Assembly (NCBI RefSeq): GCF_009914755.1
Contig: NC_060926.1
DNA from: the human T2T-CHM13v2.0 reference genome, Homo sapiens
Direction: 5' to 3' (one strand)
DNA: 64,000 nucleotides
Part shown: positions 1-14,200 of the stretch, piece by piece
How the letters are laid out: each line of letters starts with the position of its first letter
Position numbering within the stretch: the stretch's first letter is position 1
Program-made: the position numbers and the translations under genes
The notes under the pieces: generated by a model
Seen by the model: the letters and a program-made list of their open reading frames with translations, nothing else
Told to the model about the DNA's origin: nothing
Databases searched by the model: none

Positions 1-1023
1 CATGGCCCGTTCTCAATGAGCTGTTGGGTACACCTCCCAGACGGGGTGGTGGCTGGGCAGAGGGGCTCCTCACTTCCCAGTAGGGGTGGCCGGGCAGAGG
101 CGCCCCTCACCTCCCGGACGGGGCGGTTGGCCTGGCGGGGGCTGACCCCCACCTCCCTCCCGGACGGGGCGGCTGGCCGGGCAGAGACGCTCCTCACTTC
201 CCAGACGGGGTGGCTGCCAGGCGGAGGGTCTCCTCACTTCTCAGACGGGGCGGCTGGGCAGAGACGCTCCTCACCTCCCAGACGGGGTCGCCGCCGGGCA
301 GAGACGCTCCTCACCTCCCAGACGGGGTGGCGGGGCAGAGGCGCTCCCCACATCTTAGACGATGGGCGGCCGGGCAGAGACGCTCCTCACTTCCTAGATG
401 GGACGGCGGCTGGGAAGAGGCACTCCTCACTTCCTAGATGGGATGGCGGCCGGGCAGAGACGCTCCTCACTTTCCAGACTGGGCAGCCAGGCAGAGGGGC
501 TCCTCACATCCCAGACGATGGGCGGCCAGGCAGAGACGCTCCTCACTTCCCAGACGGGGTGGCGGACCGGCAGAGGCTGCAGTCTCCGCACTTTGGGAGG
601 CCAAGGCAGGCGGCTGGGAGGTGGAGGTTGTAGCGAGCCGAGATCACGCCACTGCACTCCAGCCTGGGCGCCATTGAGCACTGAGTGAACCAGACTCCGT
701 CTGCAATCCCGGCACCTCGGGAGGCCGAGGCTGGCGGATCACTCGCGGTTAGGAGCTGGAGACCAGCCCGGCCAACACAGCGAAACCCCGTCTCCACCAA
801 AAAAATACGAAAACCAGTCAGGCGTGGTGGCGCGCGCCTGCAATGGCAGGCACTCGGCAGGCTGAGGCAGGAGAATCAGGCAGGGAGGCTGCAGTGAGCC
901 GAGATGGCAGCAGTACAGTCCAGCTTCGGCTTGGCATCAGAGGGAGACCGTGGAAAGAGAGGGAGAGGGAGACCGTGGGGAGAGGGAGAGGGACAGGGAG
1001 AGGGAGAGGGAGAGGGAGAGGGC
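1..1023 (-). mobile_element. SVA retrotransposon (probably SVA_D-F type), 5' part; SINE-R end runs off the window start
   Basis: (AGAGGG)n hexamers at ~940-1023 (CCCTCT on minus), Alu-like domain ~570-940, GC-rich VNTR units (GGGCAGAGACGCTCCTCACTTCCCAGACGGGG) ~30-570, SINE-R junction CATGGCCCGTTCTCAATGAGC at 1. Confidence 0.97.
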
Positions 1024-1027
1024 GTGA

Positions 1028-1294
<267 letters not shown>

Positions 1295-1295
1295 T

Positions 1296-3460
1296 GATTT
1301 ATTTTAGAACTATATATTTTTTCCAAATGTCCTGAGATGGATTGTTAGCTCATTAATTTTCCCTTTTTTCTAAGATAGACATAAAAGGCTATGTTTTCCT
1401 ATAAATGCAGCATTACATGCATCTCACAAGTTTTGATACATAGTATTTGTTATTGTTCAGTACAAATATTTTCTGATTTTTCTTGTGATGCTTCAAACAC
1501 ATGGGTTATTCTGAACCATATTAATTTCCAAACATGGAGATTTCTAGTTATTTGTTGTTATTAGCTTGTAGCTTAATCTTATTGTGAGAGAACTTGCTTC
1601 TGTAGTTCAGCACATTTTTTTTTGGCATAACATATACTCAACTGTTTAGTATATTTTCTATGTATGTATAAGGAGACACACACACATAGAGAGAGAGAGA
1701 GAGAGAGAGAGTGTGTATTCTGCAGTTGATGGGTAACAGTGTTCCATAAGTTTGTTAATTGTGTTGTATAAATCTATATCCTTACTTAGCATTGACCAGC
1801 TTTATATGTGTATTACAAAAAGAAGTGTGTTGAAATCTCCTATTACGAGTATGTATTTATCAACTTCTGAGGTTCTATCGAAATTTCCTTTGTATGTTTC
1901 AGTGCTGTTATGAGGTGCATACAAATGTATTGTCACACATTTTATTTCCATCTTTTTGAACCCCTCCATACATTGTTGCAACCATTTAGTCAGTTTGTTT
2001 ATATTCACCCACATATTTATATTCTTTACTCTTTTTTGTGAATTAGTTCTTTGAGATTACTTTCTTTTCCCTTTAAATTTTCCCTTAGTAAAGTTCAGTT
2101 AGTGGCAAATTCTTTGTTGTGTTGTTTGTTAGTTGTTTCATCTGAAAATGTCTTTATTTCTGTCTCATTCTTGAAAGATGTTTTCCAATTCTAGAATTAT
2201 AGATTAATATTTCTTTTTCAATACATTGAAAATTTCATTCCACTGTTATCTGATTTTTATTATGGTTAAAAATGATACAGTTAGCTAACTGATATTCTTT
2301 GGAACAAACTGGTCCTTTTAAAATTTTCCTCTTATAGCTTTTTAGATTTTCTCCTTGATTTTGGTGAAATCAAATTTTATTAAAGAGTGTGTCTAGTTGC
2401 GATTTACTTTTAAGTATTTTGCTTGAGATTCATTGGGTGTTTTGAATCTGCACATTGGTGCTTTCCGCCATATGAAATAACGCCTGGCCATTATCTCTTT
2501 AATATATCTGTCCCACTCTTTGCTCTCTGTTAAAGACTTTGATTTAGGAGGGTGTTAGATTTCACATCATTGTCATGTATCAATCTCTTCATTATATTTT
2601 TAAATTTCCCCCTTTCTCTGTGGTACATTCTGGGTAGTTGCTTCTGAGTTTTCTTCCAGTTCACTAATTCTTTCCTCAGCTATATCTAATAACCTGTTAT
2701 TTCTGTCCCTTGCAGTTTGAATGTTTTGATCACTGTATTTTTAATTTCTATAAGTTCTGTTTTTTTTCACATCTGCTAAGTCACATATTATAGTTTCCTA
2801 TGTACTAGAGATATTTTCCAGCCTGTATTTTATTCCTTTAAACATAGTACTTAGGCTTCTTTCTAAATCTGTGACTAAAAAATGATGATGTTTGAAGCCT
2901 TGGGTCTTATTTTTCTATTTACTGTTCCTACCTGTCTCATTGTGACTTAGTTGTGTTCTTGACTAGATTTTTATGAAAAACACTCTTTTAAAAATATGTG
3001 TGTGAATATTCTTTAGGCCTGGGTGAAGGTGAAATCCTTTAGACAGAATATGTATCAGTTTCTGTCTGGTACTTAGGGGAATTTCTAGTACATGAACACT
3101 TTAAAACAAGTTTAAAACTGGTTTTATGAACCACACCAGTGATGTGAATTTGTGCTGCAACTCCTGCAAGACCAGCTTGGTTACAATTTCTCATGGACAA
3201 TATTCCTCCTGATTTGATGAAGACCAGGGCAATTTTTCTGCTAGTCCCTTCTGGTTTTTCCTTACCCAGAGCTTTAGTCTTTTGTGGTCCAAACTGTGGG
3301 GACATGAAGGATAGGAGTCCAATCATACCTCTCTCTATGGCTGGGGCTGGCCTTTGTCTTCTTCCCTTTTACTTATTCCTCCCCGCAACTTACATGCTCT
3401 GATTCCCATGCTTTAATTCTCTCTCTACTTAAAGTACCATTATATCTTTATTATTTTAAT
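1296..3460 (-). mobile_element. Old L1 (L1M-type) remnant, ORF2-N/ORF1/5' region
   Basis: T-rich degenerate antisense-L1 sequence; minus ORF 1802-2014 resembles the L1 endonuclease (IHLYAPHN...ILVIGDFNTLL). Confidence 0.8.
1675..1716. repeat. (CA)n(GA)n microsatellite
   Basis: Direct inspection. Confidence 0.9.
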
Positions 3461-3461
3461 T

Positions 3462-4064
<603 letters not shown>

Positions 4065-4065
4065 C

Positions 4066-5950
4066 TTTATATCACTTTTAAAATCAATATTCAATTTGAT
4101 TCATCTATATACTCATTCACTTTGTTGCTGTTTATTCCTGCCTTCATCTCCCAATGAAATCATACTGTCTCTGAGATAGTTTTCCTTCTTCTTGAAGACA
4201 ACAGTGAATTTTCTTTAATAAACTGCTGGTGATGAACCTCTCAGGTTTTGTCTGAGTACCTGGTAGTATTCTGTCTTCATCCTTAAAAGAAAATATTCAC
4301 TGGCAATACAATTGTAGATTTGTAGTCATTATTATTTTAGTATTTCAAAGATGCAAATCCTTTCTCTTATAACTTGCACTGTTTCTGTTGAGAAGTCCAT
4401 CTGATATTTGCTCTTTTGTAAATTTTTTTCTCCCCCTCTAATTGCTTTTAAAATTGTTTTCCTTGTTTCTATTTTTCTGCATTTTTATTATAATGTGTCT
4501 AGGCGTGATTTACTTTTTATTTATCTGGCTTGGTGCTCACTAAACTTTATGACTCATCTGTAAATTGATTTCTTTCACCAGGTATGGAAAATTCTCAGTC
4601 ATTATGTTTTCAAATATTGCTTCTGTTTCACTCTTTTTCTCCTCTTTTTCCAATGCTTAATGTATGTTAAATGTTCTCACTCAATTATCCATATTTTCAT
4701 ACCTTTATTTTTCTTCCTCTGTACTTCATGTCTCATTTTGAATATTTTCTTCTTGTCTATCTTCTAGTTTATTAATTCTCTCTTCAGCTTTGTTTTTTTA
4801 AACTGCTGTTAAAGTCACCCATTTAGGTTTTCTTTAAAATTTAGTTATTCTATTTTTCATTATTTTTTAAAATTGAGGTCTTTAAAATGTTTTCCAGTTG
4901 TCTGCCAAGTTTTTCAATATTGTCTTTATCATCCTTGAGCATAATTATTTTAAAGCCTATATCTTTTCATTTCAGTATTTGAAGCACATGCTTATCTTTT
5001 TCTATTATGTAATATATCTGCTGAGTTTTGCTTATGTTGTTTTATTTCCTATGCCTTGTTCATTTTTGATTTTGTGCTGGACACTATGTTTGAAAAGTTG
5101 TTGTAGAAGTAATTAGAGGACTAGGATGATGTTATCTTTATTCAGAAAATATTTTTATTTGTGTCTCTCAGGTGCTTGAAGACATTAGCAATGGAGGATC
5201 ACTTTAACTCAGTATTTCAGACCCAAGATTTTTCTGTGCTACCAGATGACTCAAAACCAATTACAGTCTGTTCATGGGATCTTTCACTTCCAATTCAGTT
5301 TCTCCTTCAGACACATTTTTGGTTTCTGTCTTAAAGGATGAGGGAGGTGCTTAATGGTGCCCCTGCTCTCAATGGGCCCTGGGCTCCGGTTTCTGTATCC
5401 TAATCAAAAATTCTCTTACCCACATCTAATATGTTCTGTAACTTGTTCCATGCATTTTATTTTTAACGATTTTTTTTTTTTACTTCTAAAGTTCTGGTTA
5501 TTTTTTCCACATCTGTCTAGTCGTTTTTGATGGTCTCAGGTTGCCTGTTCATGTTTATGATTCTATGTTGCATTTCTTTAAATATTTACTACATTGGTTT
5601 TATATGCTCTGTCCTTGATCATTCTAATATTAGAGGCTTTTGGAAGTCTAAATCTGCTGTTTGTTTCTATTGCCCTAATCTCCGATGGTCTGTTCTCTTT
5701 TTACTTGTTGATCTTTGAATGTGAGCTCATATTTGGTTGGTCTTAATTTGTGGAGCCTAAACTGAGGACGTTTTCCACTAGAGAGGATTTGTGTTTGCTT
5801 CTGTAACAAGCCAAGAGACCCTGATGACTGGGACCACTGTCATCCCGCGTGATTTAGCTTGCACACCTTCTCTAGGCATTGTCTTTAAGTCTCAGTTCAG
5901 TGTCATTGGTCAGTGTGCTCCTGGGCAACTTCCTTGATTTTCTTTGAGCC
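4066..5950 (-). mobile_element. Old L1M ORF1/5' fragments
   Basis: T-rich sequence with antisense L1 ORF1-like phrases (e.g. GTTGAGAAGTC, GGAAAATTCTCAGTCATTAT, TCTTCTAGTTTATTAATTCTCTCTTCAGCT); probably more than one fragment. Confidence 0.7.
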
Positions 5951-7156
5951 CAGTAACACTGCAGATCAAGCCTGGTCAGGGTCTAGCTTCTTGTAGGCAA
6001 ATGGGGAGCCCTTCAGAGTGTCCAGTCCACCCTGCTTTCGGAAGCATTAGTCTATTCTTGCTGAGCGTGAGTTTGGCTTCCTCAGTGCTTCTTCCCCGCA
6101 TCGCGCATTATATTAGTCTCCGTGGAGTTCTTCCTGTTGCAGCTCTCCAACATGCTGCCTCCCCTCATGCTTCTGATGCTGGGTCATGTGCCCCTGTGAT
6201 AGCCGTGTAGGGTCCAGTGTGTTTCCCCCATCCAGCCGCTCTTCCTCTCAAGCCTCCAAGCACAATGAGCTGTATGGCTGGGTGGTGTCCTAGGTGCAGG
6301 GAGCAGGTGGGTGGGCTTGCTGGAGACCTCCCTGTATGCGCATGGCCAGGAATAACAGTCCATGAACAAGCTGGGGTCTCGTGGAAGCCCCTAGTGGCAA
6401 AGGTCTCACTTTCCTCACTGCACTGTCCTTTTCAAATGAATCCAGGAGCTGGTGTCTTGATGGGTCTGGCTTGCTCTGGACACAGGTCTCTATTGGGTCT
6501 CCACGTCCCGTGATGCCTCCCAGTGACCCTTCCCTGCCTCTTCCACAGCTGCTGCCATCTCAGGAGCTTCTGTGTCTCAGCTGAGATGCTTGGCAGAGGC
6601 ACGTAAGGGAGGCATGGCCATGGAAGCTGGGGCGCTGGGACGGCCATCTCGTTTCATCTGCACTGGCTCCAGTGGCCTCTTATAGAGGGGGCTGCTGCCT
6701 TCTCTGTCCGGCCCCTCTCTCATGTTTTCACTCATTGGGGGCTTTGCCTGGGGAAGCAGAAGACACCAACAGCTATTTTCCTGCACCTGGCGCAGTTCAC
6801 AAAGTCTTTTCGATGTAAGCCTCTCAGACTGTTCCCAGCCCACCCTGGATCCTACTCCCAGGCTGTTCTGCTCCAGGGCAAGAGGTTTCCAGGCCTGTGT
6901 TGAGAAGCCCAGCATGTACCCTGTGTTGGTGTGGAACCCTGGGGCAGATACCCTGACAGTCGTGTGCCCAGCCAGTCCCAACTGCATCATACAGCCTAGA
7001 CTTTTCTCAAAGTCAAAAATTGGCTCATCGCAAACTCTTCTTTGTTTCCAGGTGTTGCTGTACATTATGCTTTGGTTTGCCTTTTTATTTGGTTATTTCA
7101 GTGGGGTTTATAACATGCAAGTAAACATGGCACAAGACGTTTGAGACCTGGTATAG

Positions 7157-7225
7157 CTTTTTTTTTTTTTTTGAGATGGAGTCTCGCTCTGTCTCCTAGG
7201 CTGGAGAATAGTGGCACAATCTCGC
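7157..7225 (-). mobile_element. Heavily 5'-truncated Alu (3' end only)
   Basis: Poly(T) + GAGATGGAGTCTCGCTCTGTCTCCTAGGCTGGAG...CACAATCTCG. Confidence 0.85.
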
Positions 7226-7367
7226 CTTTTTTGATCAGAAAAACAAAGAACAAACAAATAACCCTTTGGTCACTGAACAAGAGCTGAGAAATGGAATGCA
7301 GACACTCATTTGATTCTGTGAGCAAAGAAAGGGACTGGAAAACCACCCTGAAGACCTGGGTCCCTCC

Positions 7368-8095
7368 CTGGAGCCTCTGTTTACCTGTCTCTCACCTGCA
7401 GGGGTGCACAGAGGAGCGAAATGTACTTAAAAACAGGCAAAACCCACACAGGCTGGTTTCCAATCCTAGCTGCTACTGCCACGGAGGCAATTCATAATGG
7501 GACACAGGGGAAAAATAACAGAGAGAAAATTTCACATGAAGACAGTGGGGGAGTCCTGCAGGGGTCGGTCAGCTCAGACTGTGCCATCCCTCCCAGCTGG
7601 GGCCATCCACAGGCTCTGAGAGTGGCTCTCGCAGGCTGTGTGTGTTCTGGGAATGGCAGGGGCCAGGGCTGCCTCCAGAACTCCCTGCACAGCCTGGATT
7701 TATGTAACAGCAATGAAGAACGGAGGTGCATGAACAGACTTCAGGTGGATGAAGTCTTCTACCCCCAGCTGCCCATTCACCAGGGAGTGGAAGGTGTGGG
7801 GTGGAAGGAGACGGCTACACAGAGCCCCAGGTGGGGACTAGTTGCCCACGGTCATCTCTGGGTCACCTGGGCAGGGGCTCACTGTGTTGGAGGCACAAGA
7901 GGAGTCCTCTATTTTCATGTTTCTCAAACTCAAATGTGCACACACATTTTTTTTTCCGTGTCCCATTATGAAATGCCTGCGTGGCAGTAGCAGCTAGGAT
8001 TGGAAACCAGCCTGTGTGGGTTTTGCCTGTTTTTAAGTATATTTCACCCCTCTGTGCACCCCTGCAGTTGAGAAACAGGTAAACAGAGGCTCCAG
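7368..8095. repeat. Inverted repeat: 138-bp arms (7368-7505 and 7958-8095), 452-bp spacer
   Basis: Manual alignment of arm 1 with the reverse complement of arm 2: 7 mismatches, no indels; the ORF track shows YLKTGKTHTGWFPILAATAT on both strands. Confidence 0.95.
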
Positions 8096-8104
8096 ATAGC
8101 CCCA

Positions 8105-8250
8105 GATATCCTGGGAATCTTATCAAAATGCACCTTCCAATTCAGTGGATCTAGGATGCGGGTCTGGGTTGGGGCCTAAGAATGTGCATTTCTGACCAGC
8201 TCCCAGGTGATGCCGAGGCTGCTGGGCTAGGACAACACTTTGAGCAACGT
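8105..8250 (-). mobile_element. MER5A-like hAT-Charlie MITE
   Basis: Reverse complement reads CTCAAAGTGTTGTCCTAGCCCAGCAGCCTCGGCATCACCTGGGAGCTGGTCAGAAATGCACATTC, matching the MER5A start. Confidence 0.8.
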
Positions 8251-8299
8251 GATCCCAATGGAACTCCCTTGTTGATTTGGTGAAGCCCCAGATAGAGCC

Positions 8300-8462
8300 A
8301 GGGTCCCTCGGTGTGGTGCCCAGACCCCAGCATCAGGTGGGAATTCTCTGACTCTGCTCCAGACCTGCCGTGTCAGAAATGGACATGGAGGGGCCTGGGC
8401 ATTTGTGCTTTAACAAAGCTGGCCAGGTGATTCTGACAGATGCTCCAGTGTGGGAGCCACTC
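8300..8462 (+). mobile_element. MER5A-like hAT-Charlie MITE
   Basis: ...TTTAACAAAGCTGGCCAGGTGATTCTGACAGATGCTCCAGTGTGGGAGCCACT resembles the MER5A 3' half. Confidence 0.75.
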
Positions 8463-8639
8463 AGGCTTTGCTTAAGGGGAGTGGCGTGACCCAGGAAAAC
8501 CCAGCCGCCACCTGTGTTCTGGCCTAGCATCTGGGGAGAATCTTTGTAGGGACTGCCCCTCAAACAGGGCTTACCTTCCAAGGTAGAGAAGCGTTTTCAT
8601 GGAACTTCCCTGGACTTTGGCTTCACAGCTGCAGTTGAT

Positions 8640-9524
8640 GGAGTGTGACTTGATGGCTTAAAACAACACTAATGTATCCTCTCACATTTCAAGAGGCCAG
8701 AAGACTGAGATCGAGGTGTCGGCAGGGTTGATTCCTTCTGGAGGTTCCGAGGGAGAAACCGTGACAGGCCTCTCTCCTTGCTCCTGGTGGCGGCTGGCTG
8801 CTGTTGACTTTCTTTGGATTATAGACGCATCGCTGCGCTCTCTGCCTTCCTCTCCACCAGGCCTTTCCTGTCGGTGTGCCCTTTCCCTGGACAGTGAGGA
8901 CGCCCCAAAGTCCATTAAGGCCACTCTCATTGGATTTGGGGCCCACCCTAATCCTGTATGATCTCATCTCATCCTCACCTTAACTACATCTGCAAGATCC
9001 TATTTCAAATAGGATCACTGTCTTAGTCTATTTTCTGCCACTTGTAAGAGAATGCCCGAAACTGGGCAGTTTACAAAGAAAAGGAATTTACTTCTTATAG
9101 TGATAGAGGCTGAGAAGCCCAAGGTCGTGGGGCTGCCTCTGGTGAGAGCCCTCTTGCTGGTAGGCTGGCTCTCTGCAGAGTCCCAACGTGGCTCAGGGCA
9201 TCCCATGGTGAAAGGACTGAACGTGCTGGCTCAGTTCTCTCTTCCTCTTCTTATGAAGCTCCCTGTCCCACTCCCAGGATAATGCATTAATCCATCAACC
9301 CAGTTGTTCATTAACTCATCATTCCTTGAATGGATTAATGCATTCATGAGGGCAGAGCGCTCATGACCTAATCACCTCCAAAAGCTCCCCCTGCCCCAAT
9401 ACTGACACACTGGGGATTCAGTTTCAACATGGGTTTCAGAGGAGACAAACATTCAAACCATAGCAGTCCCGCTCTGAGGTTCCAAGTGGATGTTAATTTT
9501 GGGAGATGCTATTGAACCCAGACA
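8640..9524 (-). mobile_element. MLT1 (MaLR) solo LTR, interrupted by a younger MaLR LTR at 9019-9465
   Basis: GGCTTAAAACAAC...GGATTTGGGGCCCACCCTAATCC...ACATCTGCAAGATCCTATTTCAAATAGGATCAC, resuming at 9466 with CTCTGAGGTTCC. Confidence 0.8.
9019..9465 (-). mobile_element. MST/MLT1A-type MaLR solo LTR nested in MLT1
   Basis: TGTCTTAGTC...CATTCAAACCATAGCA termini; degenerate 5-bp TSD ATCAC/GTCCC. Confidence 0.85.
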
Positions 9525-10527
9525 TGCTCCAAATTAGTTAGAAAGTAGACCAAGGGCAGGGCTCAACCAGAAAAATGGGCACCTCTGCCAAGCCCTGGAT
9601 ACATTTCTGGTGATCATTGGTCATTTTCTGGGCCTCCCTGCATCTGAAAGCTCCCACAGGTTTGGAGAACCCTCTTTTGAGAGGCCCCATCTGCCTCCCA
9701 CCAGAGGGCTGGAGACGCTGGGCATCTGCTGTCCAGCCTCCCTCACCCACCCTGGGGTACAGGCCCTTGCTTAGGTCCAGACAAGCAGGTTTGCCCAGCC
9801 CAGGCTTCAGGCTGGACTTCAGCAAGGTTGGATGTCCTGGGAGGATGGTGGTGGCAGTGGCCATGGCTCCTCCAGGTTCCGGAGGGCAGTGTTCCGAGTT
9901 CAGCATAGTGACAGCCGAGAGAGGGGTGAGCTGGGTGTCTGTACCCAGGCAGCTCCGGGGCATTCGGTGATTCAGTGACCCTCTGGCTGTGCATCTGCTG
10001 TGGCTGGTTGTGGGCCCCTGAGGACTCAGAGAAAAAACTACCACTGAGGACAGGAAACTTCAAGAGCACCACAGGTCAGAAGAACAGGTGCATCCCAAAA
10101 CCTGTGAAATCATGCTGCTTCCTTTTATTTATTTATTTTTTTATTAGCATTTGCTTTGAATTCTAATTTGGGAAGGAGACGTCTGTTCTGTGGCTAAGAG
10201 TTCATTTCTACAACAGATCTAGTTAGGTGCCACTGCGTATCTTAAAGTAACACAGTGGACAGGAAATAACGGGAAGGTGTAGGTACTGCTGGCTTGGTTC
10301 AGTCAATCCGGCTTAGGGTGAACCGTGCTGTGGCCAGCCAAGGGGGAACAGCTGTCAGCGGAAGCAGAGACAGAAGGTGGCAGAGGCATCTCGTTCGCTG
10401 GTCACTAGGGGAAGCTGGCCGGTTCACACACAGTTACCGTGACAACAGAGTCATCCCCACTGACAAGACGTGGTGCTGTGATTACCCACCATATGCACTA
10501 GTCTTGGATTTGATTGGCTTTGACAGT

Positions 10528-10928
10528 TGTTATGAGCTGAATTGTGTCTTCCCAAAATTCATATGTTGAGATTCTAACTTCCAGTAGCTCAGAAAATGAC
10601 AGTATATGGAGACAGGAGACTTACAGAGGTAATTAAGTGACCATGAGGTCATTGGGGTGGTCCCTAATCCAGTATGACTAGTGTCCCAAGGAAACAGGGG
10701 AAATGAGGACACACTGGCAGAGATGCATAGAGGGAAGACCAGTCGAAGACAGGGAGAAGACGAACATCAACAAGCCAAAAAGAGACTTCAGAAGGAACCA
10801 GCCCTGCTGACATCTTGATCTCTGACCTCCAGCCTCCAGAATGGTAGAAGTGTGAGAAAATCAATTTCTGTTACTGAAGCCACCCCGGCTGTGGCATTTT
10901 CTTTCGGCAGCCATGGAAAACAATTACA
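10528..10928 (+). mobile_element. MLT1B-like MaLR solo LTR
   Basis: TGTTATGAGCTGAATTGTGTCTTCCCAAAATTCATATGTTG...CCCTAATCCAGTATGACT...GCAGCCATGGAAAACAATTACA. Confidence 0.85.
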
Positions 10929-10961
10929 ATGATTTCTACGAATCCTAAGTCACCATCATGA

Positions 10962-11295
<334 letters not shown>

Positions 11296-14200
11296 TAACA
11301 AAATATGTGTAGGGAATAAAGGCAATTTTTAGAGAGGAGTTCCAAAACCATTTTCAGAAGAGACATCACTTAAATAATTCTCCTTACCAAGCTCACTGCT
11401 TTGCAGGGTAATGTGTGTTTAATAGCAACATTGGTTGCCAGCCTCTCTTGTGTGCCATGTGCTGGGATGTACCTCATTCATTCAGGCACGGTCCATGCTG
11501 CAAACTCATGGAAGCAAGTGCTTCCTGTTTTCATTGTCACATAGATCCGTGAGACTCGGGATGTTTGCAGACAGTCTCATTGCATCATACCATTCCTATT
11601 TTCTAGATGACAAAATTCCATATGGATTTTCTCTGGGAATGTTATTATCATCTTTGGATTCTCAAAGGTGTCCACGGCTAGGATTATTTTCGTCAATGTC
11701 ATTGATATTGGCATGAATAACTACATGTCTTTGTAATTTTGGAAACTACTTCTTATCTGCAGAAAAAACAGGAGGTAATTTTCAAAGGGCCAAATGTGCC
11801 TTCCCACAGGCCCCTGCTGGCCTCACGATCGCTTCTGCTTCTGTCCCATTAGCTGGAGATAGTAATCGAAAGATTATCATCCCCAAAGCTTGGGGAGGAG
11901 CTGGGGAATATCGATCCATTTTCCATTCCCTGAATTTACCAGTTGCTTTTAATCTTAGCAAGCAGAAGACAAGGAGAAATATTGCATCTGTGCTTCCCAA
12001 GTTAACCGAAGAATAAAGTGTACACTTCTTCTTGTTGGCTTTTTTATTGCTTGAGTAAAGGTCACAGTTCAGTCACTCGAATCAAGTGATTTCACCGTCG
12101 GAGACTCATTTATAACAGGAACATGCTCCCATTTTCTTGCAAAATTTCCGAATGATACCAATCGTTCCTGGCACTCTTCCCCAGGACGCATTCCCTGGTT
12201 ACATTTGTGGTTTCAGGGGTATTTTTCAGAATCCCGCTGTGGACTTCCCACCATGAGACCAAGGGGCTGGCTGCTCCTGCTGTGAGTGACGTGCTTGGAT
12301 GATGGCTGTGGGGCAACTTTTTAGGACAGGCCGGCTTCCACTGGGCCTTGAGTGCTGAGTCACCAGCTGCGTGTGGTAGAGTGATGGCTGCCCTGCCATT
12401 CCGGGGACTCCAAAGAGAATGCACCCTCTTACCTCTTGCTTTCCTACATTTCTGCAGCTTTCCTCCTTACTTTCATTAGCAGGAGTCTGTGAACATCCCC
12501 GTTGTCCTTTTTGGAGACACAGAGAGAGAATGGACAGGTGCCGGGGAGGGCTGGGGCCCACCCAGGTCAGGCGGCCTCCCACCTGGGGTTCATGGGGTCT
12601 GCAGTGACCCGAGGGCTCAGGGACATGTCCTGGAGCCGGCCACCCTCCCTCTTCACTCTGGGATGGTATGTCCACAGCTAAGCCCCTTCCCCACTGACCT
12701 ACTGACTGCCTTCCTGGACGGCACCTGGAGGAAGGGAACCAACTCCAGAGCATGGAGGGCCTTGGTCTGGAAGAAACTGAGGTCACGAGGACAGCAAAGG
12801 GAGGCTCATCGGGCTGTGATTTTTTGTCCAGGGAGGAATCAAGGGGAGCTGGGAGCCACAAACTGAAAAGTCCTTGGGAATTATGGAAGCTGGCCCTGGG
12901 TTCTGAGCCCTGGGGATGGCCCTGGGGGTGCCCCGTCTCAAGGAACTTGTGGGCAGCCCCCTGAGCTCCTGACAGAGCCAGCAGGGAGCAGCTGGGTGAG
13001 CCGAGGTTGCTCTGCCCACTCACTGGTCTTGTCCTGGCCCAGGGAACTCCGGAACCGGGGTCCTCATCTGGCGTGAAGAGCAGGAACATCTCCATTTCAT
13101 TTTCTGGGTTTTTCCCTCTCACCAGGACTCAGGTGTTTCCCTCACAACTTTGCACCATCACCCAGACTCATTACCCATTGAGGGAAATTGAGGCAGAAGA
13201 GGGGGTGGGGTGGGTGGGCTTCGTGGTGCCCCCTCGGAGTCGGGGAAGATCACAATGTGGCCACTGGGCCCACTCTGTGACCTTGGGCAGATCCCACATG
13301 CTGCTGGTCAATGTGGCAGGGGGTGGGGGGTGCAGAGCTGCTGTGCTACACTTGCAGGAGCCCTGAGGAAACTGAGGCACAGCAAGGGGTGTGCCTTTCT
13401 CAGTGTCATATGACAAGGAAGTGGCCGGACTGGGCTGAAAGTGCAGGTTTTCTGATGCCTGCCACATCAGTCCTCACACGCGTTCCCCTCCTAGAGCAGG
13501 ACACAAGCTCATTAGGGAGGGTTTGTACTTTCGGGAAGCTGGAATGTGGGGCTGCCCGGTGCAGAGCTGAGCAGCCCAGGGGTCACGATGGAGAGGTCAG
13601 CAGCGCTGCCATCACTGGGTGGCATCTCAGGCGGCTGGGTCAGCCAGGGGAGGGTGGCAGGGTGTTCCCCGAGGGCTCTCCTTGTCCCTCGGGCCCTCTG
13701 CAGGCTCTTCTCAGGGTCCAGGAGAAGGGGCTCAGGGACGTCCTTTTGTGTCCTGCCAGCCTGGGTCTGAGGCTCACCGTGGGGTGTAATTAATATTCCT
13801 GCTCTGCACCCAGCACGGCTCCTGACAGCTGATGGGAAACACCAGGTTGCCTTCATTCAGCTGTGCCCATGGACAGGGGTGACGCTGAGAAGCTGCTACT
13901 AGAGGTGGTGGTGGCTCTTCCTGCTCCTCACTCGGATGCCCCAAGGGGCTGTTGCTTCCTGAAGTCCCCCTGGTGTTCTCTCAGGCACCCTTTCAACCCG
14001 GCTGGAGGAGGTCGTAGAGGGGGCTCCACCTGCCTGACTGCTGTTGCCCTGTTAGGGGGTTGCCATCGGCATGGCGCCCCTCCAGGAGCCAAGAACAAGA
14101 GCCACCCCTAAGGCTTCATTCTGCCACATGTGTTCGTTTTAAATCACCTTCCACCGTGAGTGTGTGTCTGATTCCCACTCTAAGTGCTGTTGACAGATGT

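Noticed and set aside
13201-13218. G-quadruplex motif (another on minus at ~28551-28569)
   Set aside because: Expected at this GC content; no functional context.
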